From NCBI RefSeq assembly GCF_001598795.1, contig NZ_BCZP01000005.1:150001-182000 (forward strand): 32,000 bases of DNA. The letters are read 5' to 3'. This document shows positions 1 through 7,703 of the stretch, piece by piece; the stretch's first letter is position 1; every line of letters starts with the position of its first letter. This DNA comes from Delftia acidovorans NBRC 14950 (GTDB taxonomy: Bacteria > Pseudomonadota > Gammaproteobacteria > Burkholderiales > Burkholderiaceae_C). The translations under genes were made by a program, and so were the position numbers. The notes under the pieces are model-generated. The model saw only the letters and a program-made list of their open reading frames with translations, was not told where the DNA came from and searched no databases.

Positions 1-746
1 AAGCGGCGCATCCACGGCGTGCCCTGCGCCGAAGGCGGTGCCAGCACCAGGGCGGTTTTGAGCAGTTGTGCATCCACGCCGGGGTCGGTCACGCGCAGCG
101 TGGGCGGCAGGTCCACGCCTGCGGCACGGTACACGGCATTGAGCGGCTCCACCGCGCCATGCACGACGATGGGGCCGATGCGGCGGTCCACCCCGTGCAG
201 GATGCGCTGGGCCTTGCCGAAGGCATAGCACAGCAGCACCGAGGGCCGGCCCTGGGCGGCGTTGGCCTGCCACCAGGCGTTGATGTCGGCCATGAGCTCG
301 GGCTGGCGGGGCCAGCGGTAGATGGGCAGGCCGAAGGTGGATTCGGTGATGAAGGTGTCGCAGCGCACGGGCTCGAAGGGGGTGCAGGTGCCATCGGCCT
401 CGGTCTTGTAGTCGCCCGAGGCCACCCAGACCTGGCCGCCATGCTCCAGCCGCACCTGGGCCGATCCGAGCACATGGCCGGCCGGGTGCAGGGAGATGCG
501 CACGCCGTGGTGTTCCACGGCTTCGCCATACGGCAGGGTCTGCAGCGTGATGTCCGCGCCCAGCCGTGCGCGCAGCACGCCCTCGCTGTCGTCATGGGCC
601 AGGTAATGGGCGTGGCCGGCGCGCGCGTGGTCGGAGTGGCCATGCGTGATCACGGCCCGGTCCACGGGCCGCCAGGGGTCGATGTAGAAGTCGCCGGCCG
701 CGCAGTACAGGCCTTCGGGGCGGGCCACGATCAGGTCGGCGGGCAT
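1..746 (-). CDS. ligase-associated DNA damage response exonuclease (metallo-beta-lactamase/beta-CASP fold); C-terminus lies beyond the left window edge
   Basis: Absent from the supplied ORF track because it runs off the edge. My own reverse-strand translation from the ATG (complement of 744-746) reads MPADLIVARPEGLYCAAGDFYIDPWRPVDRAVITHGHSDHARAGHAHYLAH...FITESTFGLPIYRWP...LLCYAFGKAQRILHG and stays open to position 1. It has the HxHxDH motif (THGHSDHAR) and the family-typical DFYIDPW start. G/C third-position bias is strong. Confidence 0.75.
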   Translation of the reverse strand, partial: MPADLIVARPEGLYCAAGDFYIDPWRPVDRAVITHGHSDHARAGHAHYLAHDDSEGVLRARLGADITLQTLPYGEAVEHHGVRISLHPAGHVLGSAQVRLEHGGQVWVASGDYKTEADGTCTPFEPVRCDTFITESTFGLPIYRWPRQPELMADINAWWQANAAQGRPSVLLCYAFGKAQRILHGVDRRIGPIVVHGAVEPLNAVYRAAGVDLPPTLRVTDPGVDAQLLKTALVLAPPSAQGTPWMRR

Positions 747-822
747 GCGGGATCAGGGGCGGGAATGCTCATGGCCCCATGCTAGTGGGGCGGTCGCCGC
801 GCGCACGCTGGCCCGGAGCGCG

Positions 823-839
823 GCAGGCTGTCAGCCTGC
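823..839. promoter_or_regulatory. perfect 17 bp palindrome GCAGGCTG-T-CAGCCTGC in a divergent promoter region
   Basis: Read directly. It lies between the exonuclease start (746, -) and the DUF2789 start (958, +). An operator role is inference only. Confidence 0.25.
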
Positions 840-957
840 ACCTACCCGCGCAACGAACGACCGCAACCGGGCCGCAACCTCCGCACAACCGGGCCGCAGG
901 GCCGGTCAAATCGGGGAAGATAGCGCCCTCTCATCCCACACACATCCACACGCCTTC

Positions 958-1215
958 ATGAACAACTCCGTCGTACGCATGTCCAATCTCTTCCTGCAAC
1001 TGGGCCTGGATGCCAGTGACCAGGCCATTGCCGATTTCATCCGCGCGCACCAGCTGGCCGCCGATGTGGATGTGGTGGATGCGCCCTACTGGAGCGATGC
1101 GCAGCGCCAGTTCCTGGCCGAGCAGCTCAAGGCCGATGCGTCGTGGTCCATCGTCGTGGACCAGCTCAGCGAGTCGCTGCACGAAGACGCGGTCAGGCAG
1201 CGCGCTGCCCGATAG
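958..1215 (+). CDS. DUF2789 family small protein
   Basis: This is the last 85 aa of ORF 745..1215: MNNSVVRMSNLFLQLGLDASDQAIADFIRAHQL...APYWSDAQRQFLAEQL. It fits the short DUF2789 pattern as I remember it. The upstream part of the ORF is Arg/Ala/Pro noise. An alternative ATG lies at 979. No clear RBS. Confidence 0.6.
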   Translation: MNNSVVRMSNLFLQLGLDASDQAIADFIRAHQLAADVDVVDAPYWSDAQRQFLAEQLKADASWSIVVDQLSESLHEDAVRQRAAR

Positions 1216-1224
1216 CACGGGCAG

Positions 1225-2187
1225 TCAGGCCGCCAGCGGCTCGGGCACCGTGATGTCCACGCTGTGGCGGCCGTCCACGCTGGTGGCCACGGTGCCGGTC
1301 ACGGTGACGCGGCGCACCACGCGGTGGGCATCGCCGTAGTCGTTGATGGCGTAGTGCTGCGTGGCGCGGTTGTCCCAGATGGCCACGTCGCCCTGCGCCC
1401 ATTGCCAGCGCACGGTGTTCTCCAGCCGGATGATGCGTTCGTTGAACAGCTGCAGCAGCGCCGTCGATTCATTGGCGCGCAGGCCCTTGATGCGCTTGGC
1501 GAAGTGGCCCAGCAGCAGCGCCTTCTCTCCGGTCTCGGGGTGCACATGCACCAGCGGCTGCTCCGACTCGATGGTCTTGCGCGTGAACACCTTGCGGTAG
1601 CTGGCGCGGCCTGCGGTCTCGGTCTGGCTGGCCGCGTTCTGGCGGAAGTTCTCGGCGTAGTCGTAGTCGTTGCCATGCACGGCCCACAGCTGCTCGGCCA
1701 GTTGCCTGAGCGGCTCGGGCAGGCCCTCATAGGCGGCCACGGTATTGGCCCAGACGGTGTCGCCGCCATGGCCGGGCAGCGTGACGGCGCGCAGCACGCA
1801 GACCTTGGGAAAGGCCGCCTTGAAGGTGACATCGGTATGCCAGGAATCGGCGCGGCCGCCATGCTGGGAATTGAGCTCCAGAAAGGCCGTGCCGTCCGGG
1901 GCAGGCACGGTGGGGTGCGATTCGATCTCGCCGAACAGCCGCCCGAAGGCCTGGTGCGATGCATCCGTCAGATGGTGCTGGCCCCGGAAGAACAGCACGC
2001 GGTGGCGCAGCAGGGCCGAATGGATCTGCGTGAACTGTTCGGCCGCCAGCTCGCCCGACAGCCTGGCGCCGTGGACCACGGCGCCTATGCGGCCGGACAG
2101 GGGCTGGATCTGCAGCGGCTGTTGCCGGTCCTGCTCCAGGTCTTGGGCCACGGTGCTCAGGTGGCTGGCTTCGGTGACAGCGTTCAC
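1225..2187 (-). CDS. TauD/TfdA family Fe(II)/2-oxoglutarate dioxygenase
   Basis: This is the C-terminal 320 aa of the artefactual 1017 aa ORF 1225..4278. It contains WHTDVTF (the HxD iron ligands) and a DNRATQHYA distal His/Arg region typical of taurine-dioxygenase-like enzymes. On the reverse strand a GTG at 2187 is preceded by GAGGAGA with a 6 nt spacer. An alternative ATG lies at 2211. Confidence 0.8.
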   Translation of the reverse strand: MNAVTEASHLSTVAQDLEQDRQQPLQIQPLSGRIGAVVHGARLSGELAAEQFTQIHSALLRHRVLFFRGQHHLTDASHQAFGRLFGEIESHPTVPAPDGTAFLELNSQHGGRADSWHTDVTFKAAFPKVCVLRAVTLPGHGGDTVWANTVAAYEGLPEPLRQLAEQLWAVHGNDYDYAENFRQNAASQTETAGRASYRKVFTRKTIESEQPLVHVHPETGEKALLLGHFAKRIKGLRANESTALLQLFNERIIRLENTVRWQWAQGDVAIWDNRATQHYAINDYGDAHRVVRRVTVTGTVATSVDGRHSVDITVPEPLAA

Positions 2188-2364
2188 GGTGTCTCTCCTC
2201 AGTGCTTGCATGGGTGGAAGTCCCCATGCTAGGAACCGCCCTGCCACGCCACAACGAAGCTTTTGGCGCATGGTTATGCGCAAGACAAGTGCATGCCAAC
2301 CGGGGCTGTGCGCGTCACAAAACTGCAACAAGGAAAACGTAACATTCCTTAACAATTTTGCGAT

Positions 2365-3606
2365 GTGCCTTCCATGGATGAGTCCCGCGCCTACCTGAGC
2401 GATTCCAGGCCACGTTTCCGCCCACCCAGCGCAGCGGACCTGTGTACCCCCGTTCCCTGCATGACCGCCGACGAGACCAACGAGAAGGTGCTCGAGGTCT
2501 TCACGCGCCACCGGGACCTGATCAGCCTGCCCGTGGTGGAGGGCAACCGCCCCATCGGCCTGATCAACCGCAGCATCTTCCTGTCCCAGTTCAGCAAGCC
2601 GTTTCGCATGGAGCTGTACGGCAAGAAGAGCTGCATCGCCTTCATGGACAAGGAGCCGCTGGTGGTCGATGCCTCCACCGACATAGACACCCTGACCGTG
2701 AAGACCGTGGAGTACGGCGAAAAGGCGCTGACCGATGGCTTCATCATCACGCGCGACGGCCTGTTCGCGGGCGTGGGCAACGGTCTGCAGCTGATGCGCG
2801 CGGTGGCGGACATGCAGGTGGCGCGCAACCGCCAGATCATGCACAGCATCGAATACGCCAGCGTGATCCAGCAGTCGCTGCTGCGCAGCTCGCGCGACTC
2901 CCTGGCCCGCGCCTGCCCCGGGGCCGACCTGGTCTGGGAGCCGCGCGATGTGGTCGGCGGCGACTTCTACCAGTTCAGCCAGGACGGTGATGGCTGGTTT
3001 GCCACCGTGGCCGATTGCACGGGCCACGGCGTGCCCGGCGCCTTCATGACGCTGATCGCCACCAGCAGCCTGAGCCAGGCCATCAAGGAGCACGGCCCGC
3101 GCGACCCGGCCGCGCTGCTGGGCCATGTGAACCGCAGCGTCAAGCAGATGCTGGGCCAGCTCGACGGCAAGGATGGCACGCCGGGCTCCGACGACGGGCT
3201 GGACGCGGCCTGCTTCTGGTTCGAGCACGCGCACCGGCGCCTGCGCTTTGCAGGCGCGCGCCTTGCGCTGTTCGTGCTGCGCCCCGGCGCCGAGGCGGTG
3301 GAGGTGCTCGATGGCCAGCGCAAGGGCGTGGGCTATGTGGACAGCGAGTTCGACTTCGCCTGGAACAACATCGACCTGGAACTGCCCGCAGGCACCCTGG
3401 TCTTCATCACCACCGACGGCCTGATCGACCAGGTCGGCGGCCCGCGCGGCATCACCTTCGGCAAGAAGCGCGTGCGCGAGCTGCTGCTGGAGCAGGCCGG
3501 CCACACGCCCGCCGAGATCAACCGCGCCCTGCTGGCCGCCCTGCAGGCCTGGCAGGGCGAGCACCACCGCCGCGACGACCTGACCTTTTTCTGCTTCAGA
3601 ACCTGA
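2365..3606 (+). CDS. CBS-pair / PP2C (SpoIIE-type) serine-threonine phosphatase, SiaA-like position
   Basis: ORF 2365..3606 (GTG start; alternative ATG at 2374). The N-terminal ~130 aa look like a CBS pair (DLCTPVPCMTADETNEKVLEVF...LPVVEGNRPIGLINRSIF...EPLVVDASTDIDTL...GFIITRDGLFAGV). PP2C motifs are present: VVGGDFYQF, VADCTGHGVPGAFM and FITTDGLIDQ. I see no hydrophobic transmembrane segment. Confidence 0.85.
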   Translation: MPSMDESRAYLSDSRPRFRPPSAADLCTPVPCMTADETNEKVLEVFTRHRDLISLPVVEGNRPIGLINRSIFLSQFSKPFRMELYGKKSCIAFMDKEPLVVDASTDIDTLTVKTVEYGEKALTDGFIITRDGLFAGVGNGLQLMRAVADMQVARNRQIMHSIEYASVIQQSLLRSSRDSLARACPGADLVWEPRDVVGGDFYQFSQDGDGWFATVADCTGHGVPGAFMTLIATSSLSQAIKEHGPRDPAALLGHVNRSVKQMLGQLDGKDGTPGSDDGLDAACFWFEHAHRRLRFAGARLALFVLRPGAEAVEVLDGQRKGVGYVDSEFDFAWNNIDLELPAGTLVFITTDGLIDQVGGPRGITFGKKRVRELLLEQAGHTPAEINRALLAALQAWQGEHHRRDDLTFFCFRT

Positions 3607-4188
3607 ATGCCTCCCATGCCCTCCGCACAGATCGCCGACAAGTACGGCAGCTTCTTCCACCTGGCGCGCCAGCACCAGGTGATCTTCTACTACGTGGGCT
3701 ACTTCTCGCAGAACATCGTCGCGGCCATGGCCGAGGCCGTGCGGCTGCAGCTGGAAGTGGCCGGCGTGCCGGGCCCCACGCGGCGCAAGCTGTTCTCGTC
3801 CTTTGTCGAGATGGCGCAGAACATCATCCATTACTCGGCCGATGCCCTGACCCCGCCCCACCAGGACGATGGCGAGCTGCGCCACGGCGCGGTCTGCATC
3901 CGCCGCGAGGACGACGGCAGCTTCGTGCTGCTGTGCGCCAACCCCATCGAGCCGGGCATGGGCGAGGCACTGCGCGCCAAGCTCGACGCCCTGCGCAGCA
4001 TGACGCTGGACGAAATCAAGAAGGCCTGCCGCCAGTCGCTGCGCGATGACGCGCCCGAAGGCAGCAAGGGCGCGGGCATGGGTTTCCTGACCCTGGCCCG
4101 CGATGCGCGCGAGCCGCTGCAGTTCGACTTCGATCCCGCCCAGACCGTGGACGGCCGGCCCGTCTTCTACCTGAAAGCCACGCTCTGA
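3607..4188 (+). CDS. siaB: SiaB-like protein kinase (partner-switch kinase)
   Basis: 193 aa ORF whose ATG immediately follows the phosphatase stop (TGAATG). The C-terminal KGAGMGFLTLARDA segment resembles the glycine-rich ATP-lid of anti-sigma-type kinases. The gene sits between a PP2C and a DUF1987 gene, as siaB does in the P. aeruginosa siaABCD operon. Context weighs as heavily as sequence in this call. Confidence 0.65.
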   Translation: MPPMPSAQIADKYGSFFHLARQHQVIFYYVGYFSQNIVAAMAEAVRLQLEVAGVPGPTRRKLFSSFVEMAQNIIHYSADALTPPHQDDGELRHGAVCIRREDDGSFVLLCANPIEPGMGEALRAKLDALRSMTLDEIKKACRQSLRDDAPEGSKGAGMGFLTLARDAREPLQFDFDPAQTVDGRPVFYLKATL

Positions 4189-4256
4189 GCCGTCGCTCCG
4201 GCACCAGGCCTGGACAGGCCCGGCCCGCAGGCACGGACAACGCACCGAGATCACGC

Positions 4257-4658
4257 ATGGACAACCTCTACATCGCACCGACTCCCAGTTCCCCGGAAGT
4301 GGACTTCCAGTTCGACACGCACACGCTGCACCTGCGTGGCGAGTCCTATCCCGAGAACGCCGCCGCCTTCTATGGCGGCATCCTGGCCCGCCTCAAGGAC
4401 TACCTGGCCCAGCCGCAGCCGGCGCAGCAGCAGGCGCGCATCGAGGTGCACATCGCGCTGGCCTACTTCAACAGCTCCAGCACCAAGATGCTGTTCAACC
4501 TGATCGAGGCACTGAGCGGCGCCGCCGAGGCCGGCCGCCCCGTGGCCCTGCACTGGTACCACGACGAGGAAGACGACACCATCTGCGAGTTTGGCGAGGA
4601 GCTGCGCGACGACTTTCCCGCCATCGCCTTCACCGGCCACCCCGTGAAGGCGGCGTGA
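4257..4658 (+). CDS. siaC: DUF1987 / SiaC-like regulatory phosphoprotein
   Basis: 133 aa. MDNLYIAPTPSSPEVDFQFDTHTLHLRGESYPENAAAFYGGIL...AYFNSSSTKMLFNLIEAL is the characteristic DUF1987 layout, including the Ser/Thr-rich YFN(S/T)SS(S/T)K segment that holds the phospho-acceptor in SiaC. Confidence 0.8.
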   Translation: MDNLYIAPTPSSPEVDFQFDTHTLHLRGESYPENAAAFYGGILARLKDYLAQPQPAQQQARIEVHIALAYFNSSSTKMLFNLIEALSGAAEAGRPVALHWYHDEEDDTICEFGEELRDDFPAIAFTGHPVKAA

Positions 4659-5398
4659 TGGACACCGTGGCCGCTCCCGCGGACCTCTTCGATGCCGAGC
4701 ACCAGGCCCTTTTGGCGGCCCGCGCCGCCCACGACCGGGGCGAAGAAGCCGGCGCCCAGGCCTGCCACCAGGCCCTGGGCGTGCTGCTGACCGCCTATGA
4801 GCGCCTGCTGCGCGAAACGCGCCGGCTGGTGCGCCGCAGCGACCGGGCCGAGCTGGAGATGACCCAGCTCAACCAGCGCCTGCAGGACCTGGCCGGCGAG
4901 CTGGAATACCGCGCCACGCACGACCCGCTGACCGGCGTGCTCAACCGCGCGGCCATCATCGAGCGCGTGAACCGCCACTTCACCCAGCAGGGGCTGGCCC
5001 TGATCGTGCTGGACATAGACCACTTCAAGCGCGTGAACGACAGCTTCGGCCACCCCGTGGGCGACAGCGTGATCCTGGGCGTGGTGCGCTGCCTCAAGGC
5101 CGCCGTGCCGGCCACCGCCCACATCGGCCGCGTGGGCGGCGAGGAATTCACCGTGCTGCTGCCCCAGCACGACAGCGACGGCGCCGTGTGCGTGGCCGAG
5201 CAGGTGCGCGCCGCCATCGAGGCCCATCCCTTTGGCCTGCCCGACGCCAGCTGCATCACGGCCAGCTTCGGCGTGAGCTGGCGCCCGAGCGGCGGCCGCT
5301 TCGACGACGCCTACAGCCTGGCCGACGAGGCGCTGTACGCCGCCAAGCGCAGCGGGCGCAACCAGGTCGTGCGCGCGGCAGACCATGCCACGGCCTGA
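4658..5398 (+). CDS. siaD: GGDEF diguanylate cyclase with N-terminal coiled-coil stalk (SiaD-like)
   Basis: The ATG at 4658 shares one base with the upstream TGA (TGATG). Motifs: HDPLTGVLNR, DIDHFKRVNDSFGHPVGD and an intact GGEEF. There is no RxxD five residues upstream of GGEEF (the sequence is ATAHIGRVGGEEF), so no canonical I-site. Confidence 0.9.
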   Translation: MDTVAAPADLFDAEHQALLAARAAHDRGEEAGAQACHQALGVLLTAYERLLRETRRLVRRSDRAELEMTQLNQRLQDLAGELEYRATHDPLTGVLNRAAIIERVNRHFTQQGLALIVLDIDHFKRVNDSFGHPVGDSVILGVVRCLKAAVPATAHIGRVGGEEFTVLLPQHDSDGAVCVAEQVRAAIEAHPFGLPDASCITASFGVSWRPSGGRFDDAYSLADEALYAAKRSGRNQVVRAADHATA

Positions 5399-5426
5399 GC
5401 GGCGCGGACACAGACAGGGCTGAGGC

Positions 5427-7685
5427 ATGAGTTTCGTGATGCGCGCACGGGCGCCCAGGGCGCCCGCCCCTGCTTCCGCCCTCCTGCAGCCGGCTCTGCA
5501 GCCGCCCCCGCCATCGCCCGTGCCCGGGCCTGAATGGCGGGTGCTGATCGTGGACAGCGACCCCGACGTACACGCCGCCTTCCGCCTGGCGCTGGAAGGC
5601 CACAGCCTGTTCGGCCGGCCGCTGGTGTTCCTCTACGCCCGCTCCGGCACACAGGCGCGCAATCTGCTGCGCAGCGAGCAGGACCTGGCCGTGGTGGTGC
5701 TCGACGCCGTGACCGACGGCACGGGCGCCGGCCTGGACCTGGTGGACTTCATCCGCTACACGGCCGGCCTGCGCAACAGCCGCATCGTGCTGCGCACCGG
5801 CCGCCCGGGCCAGGCGCCCGATCTGGAAACCCTGCTGCGCTACGACATCAACGACTGCCGCACCAAGACCGAACTCACGCCCGACCGGCTGCTGGCCATC
5901 GTGGTGACCGCCGTGCGCTCCTACGAGCAGCTGTGCGCCATCGAGGCCAACCGCCGCAGCCTGGAGCTGATGGTGCGCTCCAGCGCCTCGCTGCTGGAGG
6001 AAACCAATCTGCACGCCTTCGCGCGGGGCGTGATCACCCAGCTGGCCACCTTGCTGGGCGTGGCCAGCGAAGGCCTGGTCTGCTCGGAGGGAACGCACCC
6101 GGCCGAGCCCTACCGCGTGCTCGCAGCCACGGGACCATTCGCCCGGCTCATCGACCAGCCCATCGCCACCGTGCTGGCCTCGCGCGGGCTGCGCCTGCTG
6201 CGCCAGGCGCTGCAGGCGCGGCGCAACATCTACGGCGTGCAGCGCGGCGTGGCGCTGTACATCGGCCGGGGCGACGAGCAGGACATGGCCGTCTTCATCG
6301 ACGCACCGGCCTCGCACAGCGCACTGGACCGCCAGCTGCTCGAAGTCTTCTGCGCCAACCTGCGCACGCTGCTGCACAACCGCGGCCTGCTGGAGCGCCT
6401 GCACCAGTCCGCCTACTTCGACCCGCTGGTCTGCCTGCCCAATCGCGCCCACTTCGTGGAAAAAGTGGACGAATGCGTGTGGCGCGGCACGCGTGACCAT
6501 GTGCTGGCCCTGGTGGACATCGACGACTTCAGCGCCACCAACGACGTGATGGGCCACCGCTTTGGCGACCGCCTGCTCGAAGCCATGGCCCGCCGCCTGG
6601 CCAGCGCGCTGCCCGCAGGCGTGCTGCTGGCGCGCGTGGGATCGGACACCTTCGGCATCCTGGGCCCCACCGACGAGGTGGCCCTGGCCCAGTTGCTGGA
6701 CTGCGCCCGCCAGCCGCTGGCCGTGGACGGCGTGCCGCACAAGGTCTCGCTGACCTGCGGCTACGTGTACCTGCCCCATGAGCGCCAGGCCGGCACCGAC
6801 CTGGTCAAGGACGCCACCATCGCCCTCAAGCGCGCCAAGCGCGATCACCGCGGCCAGCTGCTGGAGTACTCCGAGCAGATGGGCATGGAGGCGCGCGACC
6901 GCGCCCTGCTGCTGTCCGACCTGCGCGCTGCCATCGACGGCGCCCAGCTTTTCCTGGTCTACCAGCCCCAGGTGGACCTGGAAACCCATGCCCTGGTCGG
7001 CCTGGAGGCCCTGCTGCGCTGGCGCCGGCAGGACGGCAGCTTCGTGCCGCCCGACCGCTTCATTCCGGTGGCCGAACATTCGGGCCTCATCGTGCCGCTG
7101 GGCCAATGGGTGCTGGCCACGGCCTGCCGCACCATGCGCGAACTGCTGGACGCCGGCCGCGCCCCCAGGCGCATGGCCGTCAATGTCTCCACCGTGCAGC
7201 TGCAGGACCCGGGCTTTCTGCAGACCGTGAGCAACGCCCTGGCAGAGCACGGCCTGCAGGGCGCGCAGCTGGAGCTGGAGATCACCGAATCCGTCGCGGT
7301 CCTGCCCACCCAGCTGCTGCAGGCCACGCTCAGCGCCCTGCGCTCCCTGGGCGTGACCATTGCCATCGACGACTTCGGCACCGGCTATTCCTCGCTGAGC
7401 TACCTGGAGCGCCTGCCGCTGGACCGCATCAAGATCGACCGCAGCTTCGTGCGCCAGCTTGGCGAATCACAGGAAGCGCGCATCGCCGAAATGATCGCCC
7501 AGCTGGGCCGCAAGCTCGGCCTGCAGGTCCTGGCCGAAGGCATAGAGGACGCCAGCGCCTGGCAGGCCCTGCGCGCCATGGGCTGCCAGGAGGGACAGGG
7601 CTATCACGTTGCCCGGCCCATGGACAAGGAGCAGTTGCTGGGCTGGCTGCACCGGCGCACCGGAGTGAATGGCGCGCCGGAGTGA
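5427..7685 (+). CDS. REC-like / DUF3369 / degenerate GGDEF / EAL c-di-GMP phosphodiesterase
   Basis: 752 aa. The receiver-like N-terminus reads RVLIVDSDPDV...VVVLDAVTDG...IVLRTGRPG...DINDCRTKTEL. The GGDEF-fold domain has GSDTF in place of GG(D/E)EF. The EAL set is complete: EALLRW, MAVNVS, ELEITES, IAIDDFGTGYSSLSYL, KIDRSFV, LAEGIED and QGYHVARP. Confidence 0.9.
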   Translation: MSFVMRARAPRAPAPASALLQPALQPPPPSPVPGPEWRVLIVDSDPDVHAAFRLALEGHSLFGRPLVFLYARSGTQARNLLRSEQDLAVVVLDAVTDGTGAGLDLVDFIRYTAGLRNSRIVLRTGRPGQAPDLETLLRYDINDCRTKTELTPDRLLAIVVTAVRSYEQLCAIEANRRSLELMVRSSASLLEETNLHAFARGVITQLATLLGVASEGLVCSEGTHPAEPYRVLAATGPFARLIDQPIATVLASRGLRLLRQALQARRNIYGVQRGVALYIGRGDEQDMAVFIDAPASHSALDRQLLEVFCANLRTLLHNRGLLERLHQSAYFDPLVCLPNRAHFVEKVDECVWRGTRDHVLALVDIDDFSATNDVMGHRFGDRLLEAMARRLASALPAGVLLARVGSDTFGILGPTDEVALAQLLDCARQPLAVDGVPHKVSLTCGYVYLPHERQAGTDLVKDATIALKRAKRDHRGQLLEYSEQMGMEARDRALLLSDLRAAIDGAQLFLVYQPQVDLETHALVGLEALLRWRRQDGSFVPPDRFIPVAEHSGLIVPLGQWVLATACRTMRELLDAGRAPRRMAVNVSTVQLQDPGFLQTVSNALAEHGLQGAQLELEITESVAVLPTQLLQATLSALRSLGVTIAIDDFGTGYSSLSYLERLPLDRIKIDRSFVRQLGESQEARIAEMIAQLGRKLGLQVLAEGIEDASAWQALRAMGCQEGQGYHVARPMDKEQLLGWLHRRTGVNGAPE

Positions 7686-7703
7686 AGGCGCCCTGTCGCC
7701 CGT

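Noticed and set aside
2212-4278. The upstream two thirds of the 1017 aa minus-strand ORF 1225..4278.
   Set aside because: The translation is Ala/Gly/Arg/His-rich with no motifs, and it lies antisense to three well-supported plus-strand genes. This is the typical stop-codon-poor shadow frame of GC-rich DNA. Only the last ~320 codons (TauD) are real.
5256-7250. Long antisense or shadow ORFs. Examples: 5256..7250 (-), 10328..13072 (-), 12979..14796 (-), 15372..17234 (-), 18444..19856 (-), 19787..21565 (-), 21157..23004 (-), 24861..26840 (-), 21294..22484 (+), 22430..23662 (+), 29324..30709 (+), 30393..31568 (+), 66..785 (+), 7713..8744 (+).
   Set aside because: Each overlaps a motif-bearing gene on the other strand or in another frame. 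The products are low-complexity (A/G/R/P/H-rich) and show no recognisable domains. They are explained by GC3 bias suppressing stop codons.
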